A stretch of DNA of 64,000 nucleotides, from the NCBI GenBank assembly GCA_010015805.1, contig ML978140.1, positions 186,001 to 250,000 on the forward strand. The letters are read 5' to 3'. The notes below the pieces were generated by a model. It saw only the letters and a program-made list of their open reading frames with translations. It had not been told where the DNA came from and searched no databases. This document shows positions 48,127 through 59,031 of the stretch, piece by piece. Each line of letters starts with the position of its first letter. Position 1 is the first letter of the stretch. Origin of the DNA: Rhizodiscina lignyota (lineage: Eukaryota). The position numbers and the translations under genes are program-made.

Positions 48127-51100
48127 ATGGAGGCTGTAGATCAGGCGGCCGCGGCAGCAGAGGCTTTCTTGAAGCCTGTCCGGGATGACAGTATTACTTT
48201 TCACACCCTACTTCATTGCAAGAGCTGAGGAATGAAATAGTTCAAAACAAGAACCGGCTCGAACAAAATCTCTTGGACAAGATAGCCAGCGCTGACGGTG
48301 AAACTTCATCTCGCGAAGCGAGGACACAAGTGCTGAAAGATGCGCTTCGATTGCTCACGAGGCTTCATCAAGCCATCATGTTACAAGAGGCAAAGCGAGA
48401 GCAACGCGGTTCGAGTGATGACCCAGTGGAGATTGAATATACGACATTGCCGACCATAAATGGTATAATGGATCTCGTCTTCGTCGAGGGCGTGTATCCG
48501 GAATTATCTCCGGGGGTCGGCTATCCAGAAATCTGCCGGTCAAGGTCGCTCTTATATCGAAGCCTTCCCGAAGACTATGGGGTCAGCCACGATCTAAATA
48601 TGTGCGTCGAAATTGTGGATGATCTCGGCCGCATATTCGATGATCTTGGCAAAGGTCTTGGGCCCTTTATCGTGGACCAGTATCTTCCAGACTTTGTCGC
48701 CGCTGCCGCACAAGTTGCATTTGCAGATAACTGGGATGGCAATTCAGCTCTGCGTGAGCGAGAGATCTTCAAAATTCGAATTATCGGGTAAGAAACCTCA
48801 TTGCAAATTCCTTCCTACCAAACTCGTTGTATCTTTCAGTGATTTAATTGATACATGCGTCTTTAAACTAATTCAGCGATGTCTCTTAACGTATCTAATC
48901 AGGATGCCTACGCGTACTGTCCTCGAAACATTGACAGTGCTCAACCAACCAAACGCACCGGAGTGGCTCCGAGCGGTCCTCACAGAGAACCTCTCCCTGG
49001 TGCCTCTCCGTCAAGGAGGCCTTCAGGAGACCATTCGATTCATCACTTCGCTTTACGTAGACCCCAATGAAAATACACCTATTCCGAAGGAAGCGATGGA
49101 TCAGATTTCAAAGCTCTTCGCCACTGCTCCGCAGTCTGTCTCCGAAACGGAATTCTTCTCCAGACTTGGCCCACAGCTTCTGGATCTGCTAGATGGCAAA
49201 GCTGGGCCGCACCTTGCCACAGCGTCAGGCGTCATAATTGGCCAACGTATCCTGGGAAAGAAATCTTGGGGAGCTCCGGGCTCGATTGGATGGAAACTAT
49301 ACGTCGAGCCAATCCACCAAGCCATGGATCCACAAAATACTGCGGCGGACATACTTACGGACGAGGGAACACTTCGTGTGGCTTTGCAAAGGCTTGCAGT
49401 ACTTGTGGCAGCTCATCCCAATCCGGGTCTCTTTGGGCGACTATTGAGCCCTGTGCTCCTGCCCTTGTGGGGACTCTGCACATACTCTGACTCCCGACCT
49501 GTTGACAGCTTCTGGTCAGAGACAACGCGGCAGCTTCTCGTCGGTTTCTTCAAACTCACCTCTTCTCCGAGCGCTTTGCAGACTGTGGCGAAGAATATTC
49601 TTTTTGACGGCCGGACGCATTGGCAATATGGTCCAGGAAGTCATGGCGGTGTCGAGATACGCCGTCGAAAGTCCACGAACGATCCGCCGAACATCATCGA
49701 ATTGGTCTCCGGAGTTGATTCTCGAGTTAAAATGTTTATCGACATTGTAAAAGCCAGTTCGGTAACAGACAAGACAGCCTTTGAGGTGCTCGCCGAATTA
49801 ACAAAGACGTGGCTGGCCGGATCACAATCGTCAAAGAAATCACACAACAGCGCACAGTTAGGAACAGATACCGATCCAGCACATTCTCTAGCCTCCGTCA
49901 AACTTCTAGAGGCAATGCTTACGTCTTTCAAAGAGCAAATCACACGCCAGCCGCAAGCAGTTCTGTTTCTCGTCAAGCAGCTGCTAGAGGACCAATTGAA
50001 CGCCATCAAGGCAGATGCGCAACGCAAGCAAAACCTCAAGAAGCCAACAGTCAGCAGCTTGGGCCAAATCGTTCAACGACCTGAGTCTACGAACGATGGG
50101 CCAACAGCCGAAGGTGAGCACGAAACCATATCAATAGCACTCAGTTTGATCGACGTCACCCTCTCTGCGGACAATGGCATAGAGCTATCCAACGACATCC
50201 AAAGTACCCTCAACGCAATAATAGACTCTCTGCAACGTCTCAAGAACTCGCCAATTCCGCCTGCAATGCAAAGCTCAATCACTGCCACTATTTCCCTCAT
50301 CCAGCCCTACCTCTCCTTCTCACAACAAAACCCCCAAACATCTCAGACAGCATCTCCTACAACACCCCACCTCCAACAAGACCGCGCCCTTCTCTCCGAA
50401 ATCCGCGCCGACCTAACCTCCCCGGTCCCGCCCATCCGCGCAGAAGCCCTCGCAAACCTCTCAACTTTAATATCAACGCACTCCCTAGCAATCGACGTCC
50501 CGTCTACCACACTCCTCGTCTTGCACGCCATAACGGCCGACACCGAGGAGTTCGTGTACCTCAAAGCGATCAGGACGCTTACAGTACTCACGGCTAACGC
50601 GGATCCGAGGCTCGTGTCCAGATTTGTGATCGAGGCCTTTGTGGATGCGGAGGAGAAGGAGGAGCTGGATGCGCGGTTGAGAGTTGGCGAGGGGATTGTG
50701 CAGATTGTTGGGGGGTTGGAGGAGATTAGGGAGTCACCTGAGATGGCAGATACGATTAGACGGATTGGCCGAGCGGTCTTGGGTGTCGCGGGGCGGCGTG
50801 GAGAGAGGCCGAAGCAGGCGAGGCAGCAGAAGTTGGAGGCGAAGAGGCAGGCACAGAGTCAGTCAGTCAGTTTGGGAAATATCGTGTCGATCCATGATGA
50901 AGACGAGAAGAAGTCAAGGGAAGAGGAGGCAATTGCGAAGATTGTAGGCGGCTGGTCGAACACGGGTAACGAAGAAGACGTGCGCATTCGCACTTCTGCG
51001 TTGAGCATTGTGGGCAAGATAGTGTCGAGTCCGCGAGGGCTTGCTGCGCTGGGTGATGAGATGCTTAGGGAGGCGGTGCATCTTGCGCTCGCAATGTTGG

Positions 51101-51537
51101 CGTTGGAGTTTGCGCCTGAGAAAGCGATTCTGAGGCGCGCTGCGGTGCTTGTGTTCTTGGAAGTACTAAGGGCTTTAGATGCTGGATTGGAGGATGTTGG
51201 GAGTCATCTTGGTCGGGGGAAGATGGGAGACGGAAGGGGGAGCATAGAGTTGGATGCGCAGAAGTGGGCGGAGGTGGAGAGGGTGCTGAGCTGGGTTAAG
51301 GACGTGGATGAGGATGAGATTGTGAGAGGCCATGCTGAAGCTGTACTGGAGAGTTTGGAGGCGTGGAGAATGAAGAACTTGCTCGCAGTTGGGAGAAGCA
51401 GTCGAGATGAGGGAGGACTTGGAGTTAGTATTGGAGGAGAGGGGGCTCATTTAGGAGTTGAGGCGGGATTGAGAGGACTGGCTGTGAATCCAGAAAGCCA
51501 AGCTGGAGGAATGCGACGGATCGAAGAGATTGACTAG
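48127..51537 (+). CDS. RTP1: RNA polymerase II nuclear import/assembly factor Rtp1 (TANGO6-like HEAT-repeat protein)
   Basis: LSLVPLRQGGLQETIRFI, HPNPGLFGRLLSPVLLPLWGL, PPIRAEAL, DTEEFVYLKAI, RLRVGEGI, EEDVRIRTSALSI, LRRAAVLV, terminal RRIEEID. Intron ~48788-48902; frame change near 48190-48225 (see findings). Confidence 0.85.
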
Positions 51538-51825
51538 GCATGAATTCAACTTCGTACTTGATTCCAATCACAACACTTCTCCCCATAAGCACATGGACAA
51601 ATGCCAGAATGCATCATCTGGATTTCGGCCGCTACGGTGTCTGTTGCTCTTTCTCATCCATATCCTGAATGTAACTCCAAGCCTTCGCATAAGTTCGCAA
51701 TGACGTCCTACGCGACTAAGTTGGCCGACACACCCACCCCAGTCGCCGTCGATGATAGAAGCAGTTTTCCGATGTCGTCCTATGTGTTCGGTCCCACAAA
51801 ACACTGCGCATGCACTTTGGCTTGC

Positions 51826-52261
51826 TCAGCTCTTCATTTCGTCGCCATTCTCAGTCTTACCCTCCGAGGCCGACACCCACAGCACGTTGTTGCATCGAAT
51901 CAGCACGCTTCCCAGATACTGTGGCTCAGGGTTCTTTTCCACGCTGCTATTTTTGTCTATGTATTCGGTTGTCTTCTCGAGCTGGAGGTTCATGTATGGG
52001 TCGGTGGTGATGAGGATGCCTTTGTACTCCTGGGTGCCGCCTCCAGAAGGTGTCCACTTCAGACGCACGATGATTTCTTTGCCGATCCTATGGCCGGGAT
52101 ATATGTTAGCAATGGCTCCAGGTTAAGTAAAGAGAGGCGCATTTGTTTTCCAGAGGGTGACCACGTACAAGGCGTTCAGCATAGGCCGGGGGTTGAGAGG
52201 AACGACCTAGTTGCTCATTAGAATAGATTCGCATACAGCAATCATGGCTACTTACGCTCAT
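51826..52261 (-). CDS. SMX3: Small nuclear ribonucleoprotein Sm F, 3 exons
   Basis: Spliced MS|VVPLNPRPMLNAL|IGKEIIVRLKW..EYKG..DPYMNLQL..EYID..LGSVLIRCNNVLW, covering the Sm1 and Sm2 motifs of SmF. Confidence 0.88.
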
Positions 52262-53415
52262 GGTGAGTTTGGCGCGCGGAGTGGATTGAGAGGGGTGGTT
52301 GTGTTCAGGTGTGGCGCGTGAGGTTGCAGTTAGCTTTGCGATTGAGCTCTGAGGCTCAAAAAAGTTGCTCGCTTACCACTCCTGGTGCGGCATAGCGCAT
52401 TCCACGCGACCGGCCTGCCTTTGTGTGGGGGAGCTGGGGCTTGGCAGGGTTCAGGCGCGCAGGCAGCATTCAGGCCGCAGCCCGAAGAGCCTCATCGACG
52501 ACCGTCCTCTTCCACAGCCGCACACCGATGCAATTACACGCCGCAATGCTCCAAGATCCCTCGAATCTGCAGGAAACATGCCTAGCCGCCTGGCCAAGCG
52601 TTGCTGTCTAAAACACCCTTTCTCCGGGCTCGAGTCTGGGCTTCCACCCGTCGCGACGCGCTTCATTGGCTAGCTCGAGCCGCTGCCCCTGAGGCCTGAA
52701 ACTTCGCACGCAGGTACACCTCGCCCTCCGCGAAGGACTGGCCGACGTCTTCGCGGCCGCAGTTTCACGAGCAGCTTGCTTCCGCGCTTCTTAGATTCGG
52801 CTGTCAATCCGAGATGAACGAGGATTCTCTCATCGCTGCTCCCGCCACGTTTCCCATGCTCGACTTGTTTCTGCGAACGCCGCCTGCTATCCAGTGGAAA
52901 AGGCTGCCTCACTCAAGCTCAAGAACTCACCCGCTGATCGAGTTTCACGACTTTGCGATTGAAACGCCGCCCGCACCAATAGTGGCCGTTGTACAGAGAA
53001 CAATGACGCTCGTCAATTGCGGCGAGCATTGTGACGGCCTTGTTCTCCACAATAACGTGCATTGTCTGTGGCAGAACAATGCAACACTGACCATTGTGTC
53101 TGTCGCTGTTTCGAGAACATCTAAACGTTGCCGTGTGCCGAATTGCACAGTCACCCCTTTCCACACTGTAGGTAGCTGGATATTTATTCATTGGAGCTTT
53201 CTTACTTTCCTTCTTCTCTCCATCGCATCTTCCGCGTTCACCTTTCAAGTCGTACACTTTCACATCTGCTGAGCAGACACCTTTTCACGACAACAGCAGG
53301 CCTGACCTCACGCTCTCTAAGCAACACTCACGCAGTCGACCTGCCTATTTCTACGACCAGCAAGCTGAACGTTCTCACCATCTTCATCATACTCTTCGAC
53401 ATCTCCACAGCGATC

Positions 53416-54960
53416 ATGCTCTCCACCACCGCCTCTCTCGCCCTTATGGGCCTCCTCACTCCGGCCCTCGGCCACATGATGATCGGCGAGCCCGTGCCGT
53501 ACGGCCAGGCTACGCTGGACAACTCTCCTCTGGAAGCCACTGGCGGTGACTTCCCTTGCAAACAGCGTGCTGGCGTTTACGACATTACTACGGAGAATGA
53601 GTACAAGCCCGGCACCGACAACCCTCTTAGCTTCATCGGTTCTGCAGTCCACGGAGGCGGTTCCTGCCAGCTGTCCCTCACCACGGACCGCGAGCCTACT
53701 GCGAAGAGCGACTTCCGCGTCATTTGGTCAGCGATCGGTGGCTGCCCTGGCACAGACTCTGGACCCGCCAACTTCACCTTCCAGATCCCCTCTTCCATTC
53801 CTAATGGAAAGTACGCCCTTGCCTGGACTTGGTTCAACCGCATCGGTAACCGCGAAATGTACATGAACTGCGCCCCTGTCACCGTCTCCGGAAGCTCTGC
53901 GAAGGGCAACTCTGCCATGGAGGCGCTCCCCAAGATGATGGTTGCCAATGTTGGCAATGGCTGCACTGATACTGAAGGCACCGACCCTCAGTTCCCCGAT
54001 CCAGGAAAGGTGGTTGTGAAAGGCGCTGAAGCCTCACCTGCTCCCTTCGTTGGCAGCTGTGCTGGAGGCGGCGCGTCACCTTCTGGTGCGTCCGCCGTCC
54101 CAGCATCCCAGGCTACAGCTAGTGCTGGCGGTTCTTCCGGTGGTGACGCTGGGACAGGCTCTTCTGGCTCTGGCTCTGGGTCCGACTCTTCTGGACAGTG
54201 CACCGGCTCTTGTCTGGGCGGTGGTGCTAGCGGTTCATCTGGAAGCGCCGATGGTAGCTCAGGCGGAGCTGCAGCTGGAGCTTCTCCTGCTGCAACCTCT
54301 GCTGCTGCTGCCACATCGGCAGCCGCCTCCGCCGCTCCGGCTGATGCTGGTGCCTCATCTGCTCCGGCAGACGCTGGTGCCTCATCCGCCCCCGCAGCAA
54401 CATCGGCAGCTGCTGGTGGTTCTTCAGGTGGTGTCTTTGCCCCTGGAGCTTCCTCTGCCGCTGCTACGACTGCCGCCCCTGCTGCTTCCGATTCAGCGAC
54501 GTCTACGTCAACCTTCACTACTCTTCAAACCGTAACCGGTTCACCTGACGGCTCTGCCTCCGGCAACCTCTCGTCTTCGGCAGCCGCCCCAGCCGGCACC
54601 GGCGCCTCTTCTGCTCCTGCGGCCTCGCCGGCCTCTCCAGATGCTGGCAGCGGTAGCTCCGGCACCGCCCCATCTAGCGCCGCTCCAGCTGCCCCAGCAG
54701 GCACTGGCTCTTCTTCTGGTTCTTCTAGCAGCGGTTCTGGTACGACCGGCTCAACCTGCACAACCAACGGCGCCATCGTCTGTAACGGCCCCACTCAGTT
54801 CGGCCTCTGCAACAACGGCAACGTCGTCTGGCAGGCTGTGGCGGCGGGTACGACTTGCACCAACGGGCAGATCTCCAAGCGCTCTACCGGCGAGGTCCTC
54901 GTTGGGCGAGCGGCTCGCTATCAGCGCCACCGTAGATCGTCGCGTTGGTTGAAGTTCTAG
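53416..54960 (+). CDS. AA11 lytic polysaccharide monooxygenase (chitin-active family) with Ser/Ala/Gly linker and C-terminal Cys-rich X278-like module
   Basis: Signal peptide ending PALG|H (N-terminal His brace); HMMIGEPVPYG..NSPL..DFPCK, GSAVHGGGSCQ, YALAWTWFNRIGNREMYMNCA; C-terminal CTTNGAIVCNGPTQFGLCNNG..WQAVAAGTTC. Confidence 0.92.
   Translation: MLSTTASLALMGLLTPALGHMMIGEPVPYGQATLDNSPLEATGGDFPCKQRAGVYDITTENEYKPGTDNPLSFIGSAVHGGGSCQLSLTTDREPTAKSDFRVIWSAIGGCPGTDSGPANFTFQIPSSIPNGKYALAWTWFNRIGNREMYMNCAPVTVSGSSAKGNSAMEALPKMMVANVGNGCTDTEGTDPQFPDPGKVVVKGAEASPAPFVGSCAGGGASPSGASAVPASQATASAGGSSGGDAGTGSSGSGSGSDSSGQCTGSCLGGGASGSSGSADGSSGGAAAGASPAATSAAAATSAAASAAPADAGASSAPADAGASSAPAATSAAAGGSSGGVFAPGASSAAATTAAPAASDSATSTSTFTTLQTVTGSPDGSASGNLSSSAAAPAGTGASSAPAASPASPDAGSGSSGTAPSSAAPAAPAGTGSSSGSSSSGSGTTGSTCTTNGAIVCNGPTQFGLCNNGNVVWQAVAAGTTCTNGQISKRSTGEVLVGRAARYQRHRRSSRWLKF
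54337..54392 (+). repeat. 27-bp imperfect tandem repeat encoding PADAGASSA x2 in the AA11 linker
   Basis: CCGGCTGATGCTGGTGCCTCATCTGCT / CCGGCAGACGCTGGTGCCTCATCCGCC. Confidence 0.7.
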
Positions 54961-55611
54961 ACGCGATCGTCTGAGAGACAGACTCTTCTGATTGCATTGC
55001 ATTTCGGGTTCTGAGATATCCACATTGCTATTCGCATTTTCCGGGATGAGATACACAACAACTAGCCTTTGAAGGTAGTGACCGCATAGCATGGATTTGG
55101 ATTCTGGATATTCTTATCTGTTTCTTCTTTTGCATTGCGACGGCGTTTTGCTTTGGATTTTGCTTTGGATTTTATTAGAGATTTAGGGAAAAGTTAGAAC
55201 AATAAAACAAGTTCTACAAATATTCCATCATGTTTATTCATCTTGACTGTGTTATTCGTGTAAACCAATCGTGTTCTCAGACCCCAGAAGGCGTGTATTG
55301 GTCCATGTGTTACCCTCCTTCCTCGACGCAATTTGCCCGAGCACGCCCAGTCCGCGGGAAACATAGCTGACTTTGATTGTATTTTCTGTTTCTACCCATC
55401 CTATATGTCGTCTTTTGCTAAATCGAAATACTTGGAACGTAACTCAGAAACCCGGATTTCCTTGTTTGTGTTGCATTGTTATGCGACTATATATTGTGTT
55501 CCGCGGTTACGGTAAAGGTAAGGAAAGGAATCCACCTTATGGAAGTGCTGGAGTGTTTCGGGAAGGTATTTCTACCACAAAGCACCCCCGCCTCAATACC
55601 ATACATCCTCG

Positions 55612-57540
55612 TCAAGAAAACAATCTACCAAGCAAATACCTCCCAAACTCCTCCTCACCCGGACTTCCCACAGCCCTCTTAACTCTATTCCCCGCCCTGC
55701 TACTCAACCAATTACCCGCGTCGCCAGGTACTTCCTCCAACACGTCACCATCCACCTCCAACTCCCGATCCATCTTCTTCCTATTCCTTCGATCAACAAC
55801 CATCATGCCCCGCGTCCACTGCCCCGCAGTCTCGACTCTGATATCCTCCTCTTCGCCCTCAGGCGTCGCGAATCGCCATTTGGAAGCCAATTCAGATGAG
55901 GATGAAGGATGGGTTAGCACGTACCATATCGTGAGCGGATCATGCAGAGCGAGTGAGACCGCATCGCCGGAGGCGTCACGGTCGAGTGTCTCGATCTTGG
56001 CGAAGGTGGAAGATATGAATGCGGCGACCCATTCGGCTATGGGGCTGCCGGTAGATAAGTGTTCGGAGACAAACGCATTGAACGTCCCTCGAGTCAAGGG
56101 GTGATGAGATGTGATGTCTACTCATTGTCAGTTCTTAATGCGTTACTGATGAACGGGATGGAGAGAGGTATAGATTACGGACCTAGAGGGAAAAGAGTAA
56201 GCTTCAGTTGCTTTCCCAGCTTCTTCGGGTATGGGCCCAGAAATGGGGGCGGCGGTTCGCTCCCTTCAATTTTAGCCATCTCAGCAGGCTTCGGCGGCAC
56301 TGGCGGCATCGTCGATATCGGATTGGGTGAGGTAAGAGCAAAGACTCGCGCAGCGGCGATGGTATCGGCGTAGGTATTGAACTCGGCGACCGGAGTCATC
56401 TGGTTTCTAAGGTTCAGCGATATACGAAGTGGTGTGGTGGGCTGCTTGATGAGACGGTGGGGAGGCGGACGAGGGCTGTATGGCGGTGTCGTTGAGTATA
56501 GGGGTGGTGGTTTGGGAGGAGGCTGGCTCAGACGCTCAGCTAAAAGAGTTGGCGTTTACATTGGGGTGGAAGGCAGTGACAGAGTAATGTTGCTGAAACG
56601 AGATGCCGAACATACATTGCCAGGTTCGTCCAAGACGCCGCCCATAACGACAACTTCTTTTACTCTCAGGAAAGTCTGGGTGTCTGTGGCCGCGGCTAGG
56701 GCAACGTTCGTCAATGGACCAATGGCTACAATAGTGATCGTATCGGCCTCGTTGTCCCGAAGTAATTGCAGCATCTGCTCGTGCGCCGAGAGTTTAGATG
56801 CCGTGAAGAGATGCTTTGATTGCAGGATCTCCTGGGCATCTGGAGAGTTTGGTGTCGTTGCAAATAGGTCTTTCCATGTCTCCTCGGGGGAGAGATGCGG
56901 GTGCTATACTCAGAAGTCAGATACTGCGTGGCATGCATGGGAGAAAATAGCAGCGAAGGTACCGATGCATGAATACCTCCCAAGCCGTCCCTTCCATCTG
57001 GTCGATATATTAGGTGTTTGATCTTCAATCTGAACAACGATACACATACGGAAGAAATCTGCCATCATGACCTGATCCGCAAGCGGCCCATCTGCGCCAA
57101 TTGCAACTATAAAGACCGTTAGCGTTGATATTTAATGAATTTGAAGCCTGGCACGGGCATTACCAAGCGGTTTATGTTTCTTCAATGTCTCGAATCCCTC
57201 GGGCTTGCCCATTTTGCTCCGCCATTCCCATTCTTTGTCGATGTGATGGAAAAGTGAGACGACATTGCGGAGGCAACTGATGGATTACAGAGGTAAGTAT
57301 GGACAAAGAGATGCTATATAGCCCGAGAGATTTTGAAGCACTTAACAATAAGAATGATTGAATGGAATCGACATGAAACTGGTGATCATACTTTTGCACA
57401 TCCACATTACCAAACGTGACCGATATCAGCGAAATCTCAATCTCTTCGGGTGTGGCCGCAAAGGCCAAGAGCATTGCAAGGACATCATCCACACCGGGAT
57501 CGGTGTCAATGATGACCTTGTTCTTCCCTGAGGATGCCAT
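55612..57540 (-). CDS. Inosine-uridine preferring nucleoside hydrolase, multi-exon
   Basis: IIDTDPGVDD Ca2+-binding motif, SVTFGNV, GRDGLGG, IVAIGPLTNVALA, VVMGG..PGN|MTPVAEFNTYAD, LHDPL, GQWTRGM. Confidence 0.92.
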
Positions 57541-58068
57541 CTTGACGACTATGGTTTACTTCAGTGGAAACATCTGCTTGGGATTCCAATTTCCCAATAA
57601 TACGGAGTTTCGTATAGCCGACAGTAGGGTTGCATTATAATGTCGGAGCTATAAAAAAAGAGTGGAGGTTGTCAAGATTGTTTGTTCTCATCAGACTCCA
57701 CTCATAGGTACCGACGAAGTTGCCAAGGTGGCAAATAATCCAATATCACTGAGCGCTAAGCCTGGGACTGCATATTCATTGTACGCAGAAGTTCGAATTT
57801 CATGCTGAATTTCAACCGTCGTTCCAATGTCCGCAGCGCAAGTCAAGCGACTGGATATCCTGCGGCCATCTAATGATAGTGGAATACAAAAGCCATGCAA
57901 GACTAACACCTCATTATCATTTGTACTCCATGAACACACTAGGCTCATCCCGCAACATCCAGCTTTGCGCGGCCCGATAACCACAGCAATACGACACTGC
58001 ACCATACCTGGTCAGCACCCGCCCAGTTCGTGGCATTGTCGACATTGCCGATCCTTATTGGGTCTCCT

Positions 58069-59031
58069 TTATTGGGTCTCCTTCTGCTTGATGAACAATT
58101 CAGGAGCGCCCTCTGGACAAAAATGGGGTGTCATCAGCAGTCTCAATGCTGTCTCCCTATTCAAGATGGCTGGTCGAATGAACAGTGGAATGGTTCCGTC
58201 GTCGCGCGTCGCCAGTGTGGCGATTGCACACTTGAGCGTCTCCTCCTCGTGAACCACAAGGCACTCGTTATCGTCGTTGTGCAATCCCTTCATATCGATA
58301 CCAGTGTTCGGCTGCATATTGAGATCATTGAGGTCGTACTCGTAGTATATTTCCTCACGAGGTGTTAAGTAACCTCCCGCTTGAAGTGTTCTCTTGAGCA
58401 GGCCCCAGTCGAATTCTGTGTCCATGATCTCTTCGGTTGACTCGAATTGTTTCTTGGAATCAGCCAAACTGAGCAGGAAGCGGATCTGGATGGCGTAGAG
58501 TGGTACTAGAGATTTCAGCTCTGGTGTTCGAGACCTCCTTCTTATGCATGGATCTCGGAAGAAGATGAGACGATATTCAGAAAGAGGCTGGGACTCCTTG
58601 AATTGCCAAGAGCGTGCTTTAAATACCATCAGTGCGAGACCACGAGTCTTAGCAGCGAGGAGCCGGCAGGTGCGATAAGTGATCCACCTTGGTAGCGCAT
58701 CCCGTAACCACTCGGAGTCCGGGATATAGCGGTCAAGTTCGAACTCTTCTCGAAGGATTATTTGGAGCTTCTCTATGGCTCTCGCAAGTCTTGACATGTC
58801 CCCGGTGTAGGTCCAGTTGTAACTCATGTGCTCGATAAGGTATTCATCAACCAGGGCAGTAGCTCGTATCAGACTGTTTCGGCTCCAACGCATGCCTTTC
58901 TTAACGATTGCTTGCGTCATGTATTTGGGACGGCGGTATTCGGAGTACCATTCGTTTGTAGGCGCATACATTCCACACAGTCTGGTAAAAGAAGGTGCAA
59001 GTGTCCTGTATCTGGGGTTTAATGAAGACAT
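58069..59031 (-). CDS. Hypothetical protein (~320 aa), intronless, no recognised domain
   Basis: Long ORF with globular-looking composition; first ATG at 59031. Confidence 0.55.
   Translation of the reverse strand: MSSLNPRYRTLAPSFTRLCGMYAPTNEWYSEYRRPKYMTQAIVKKGMRWSRNSLIRATALVDEYLIEHMSYNWTYTGDMSRLARAIEKLQIILREEFELDRYIPDSEWLRDALPRWITYRTCRLLAAKTRGLALMVFKARSWQFKESQPLSEYRLIFFRDPCIRRRSRTPELKSLVPLYAIQIRFLLSLADSKKQFESTEEIMDTEFDWGLLKRTLQAGGYLTPREEIYYEYDLNDLNMQPNTGIDMKGLHNDDNECLVVHEEETLKCAIATLATRDDGTIPLFIRPAILNRETALRLLMTPHFCPEGAPELFIKQKETQ

Noticed and set aside
53191..53415. N-terminal 75-aa extension of the AA11 ORF in the ORF track
   Set aside because: Begins at a non-ATG codon; the signal peptide and His1 require the ATG at 53416.
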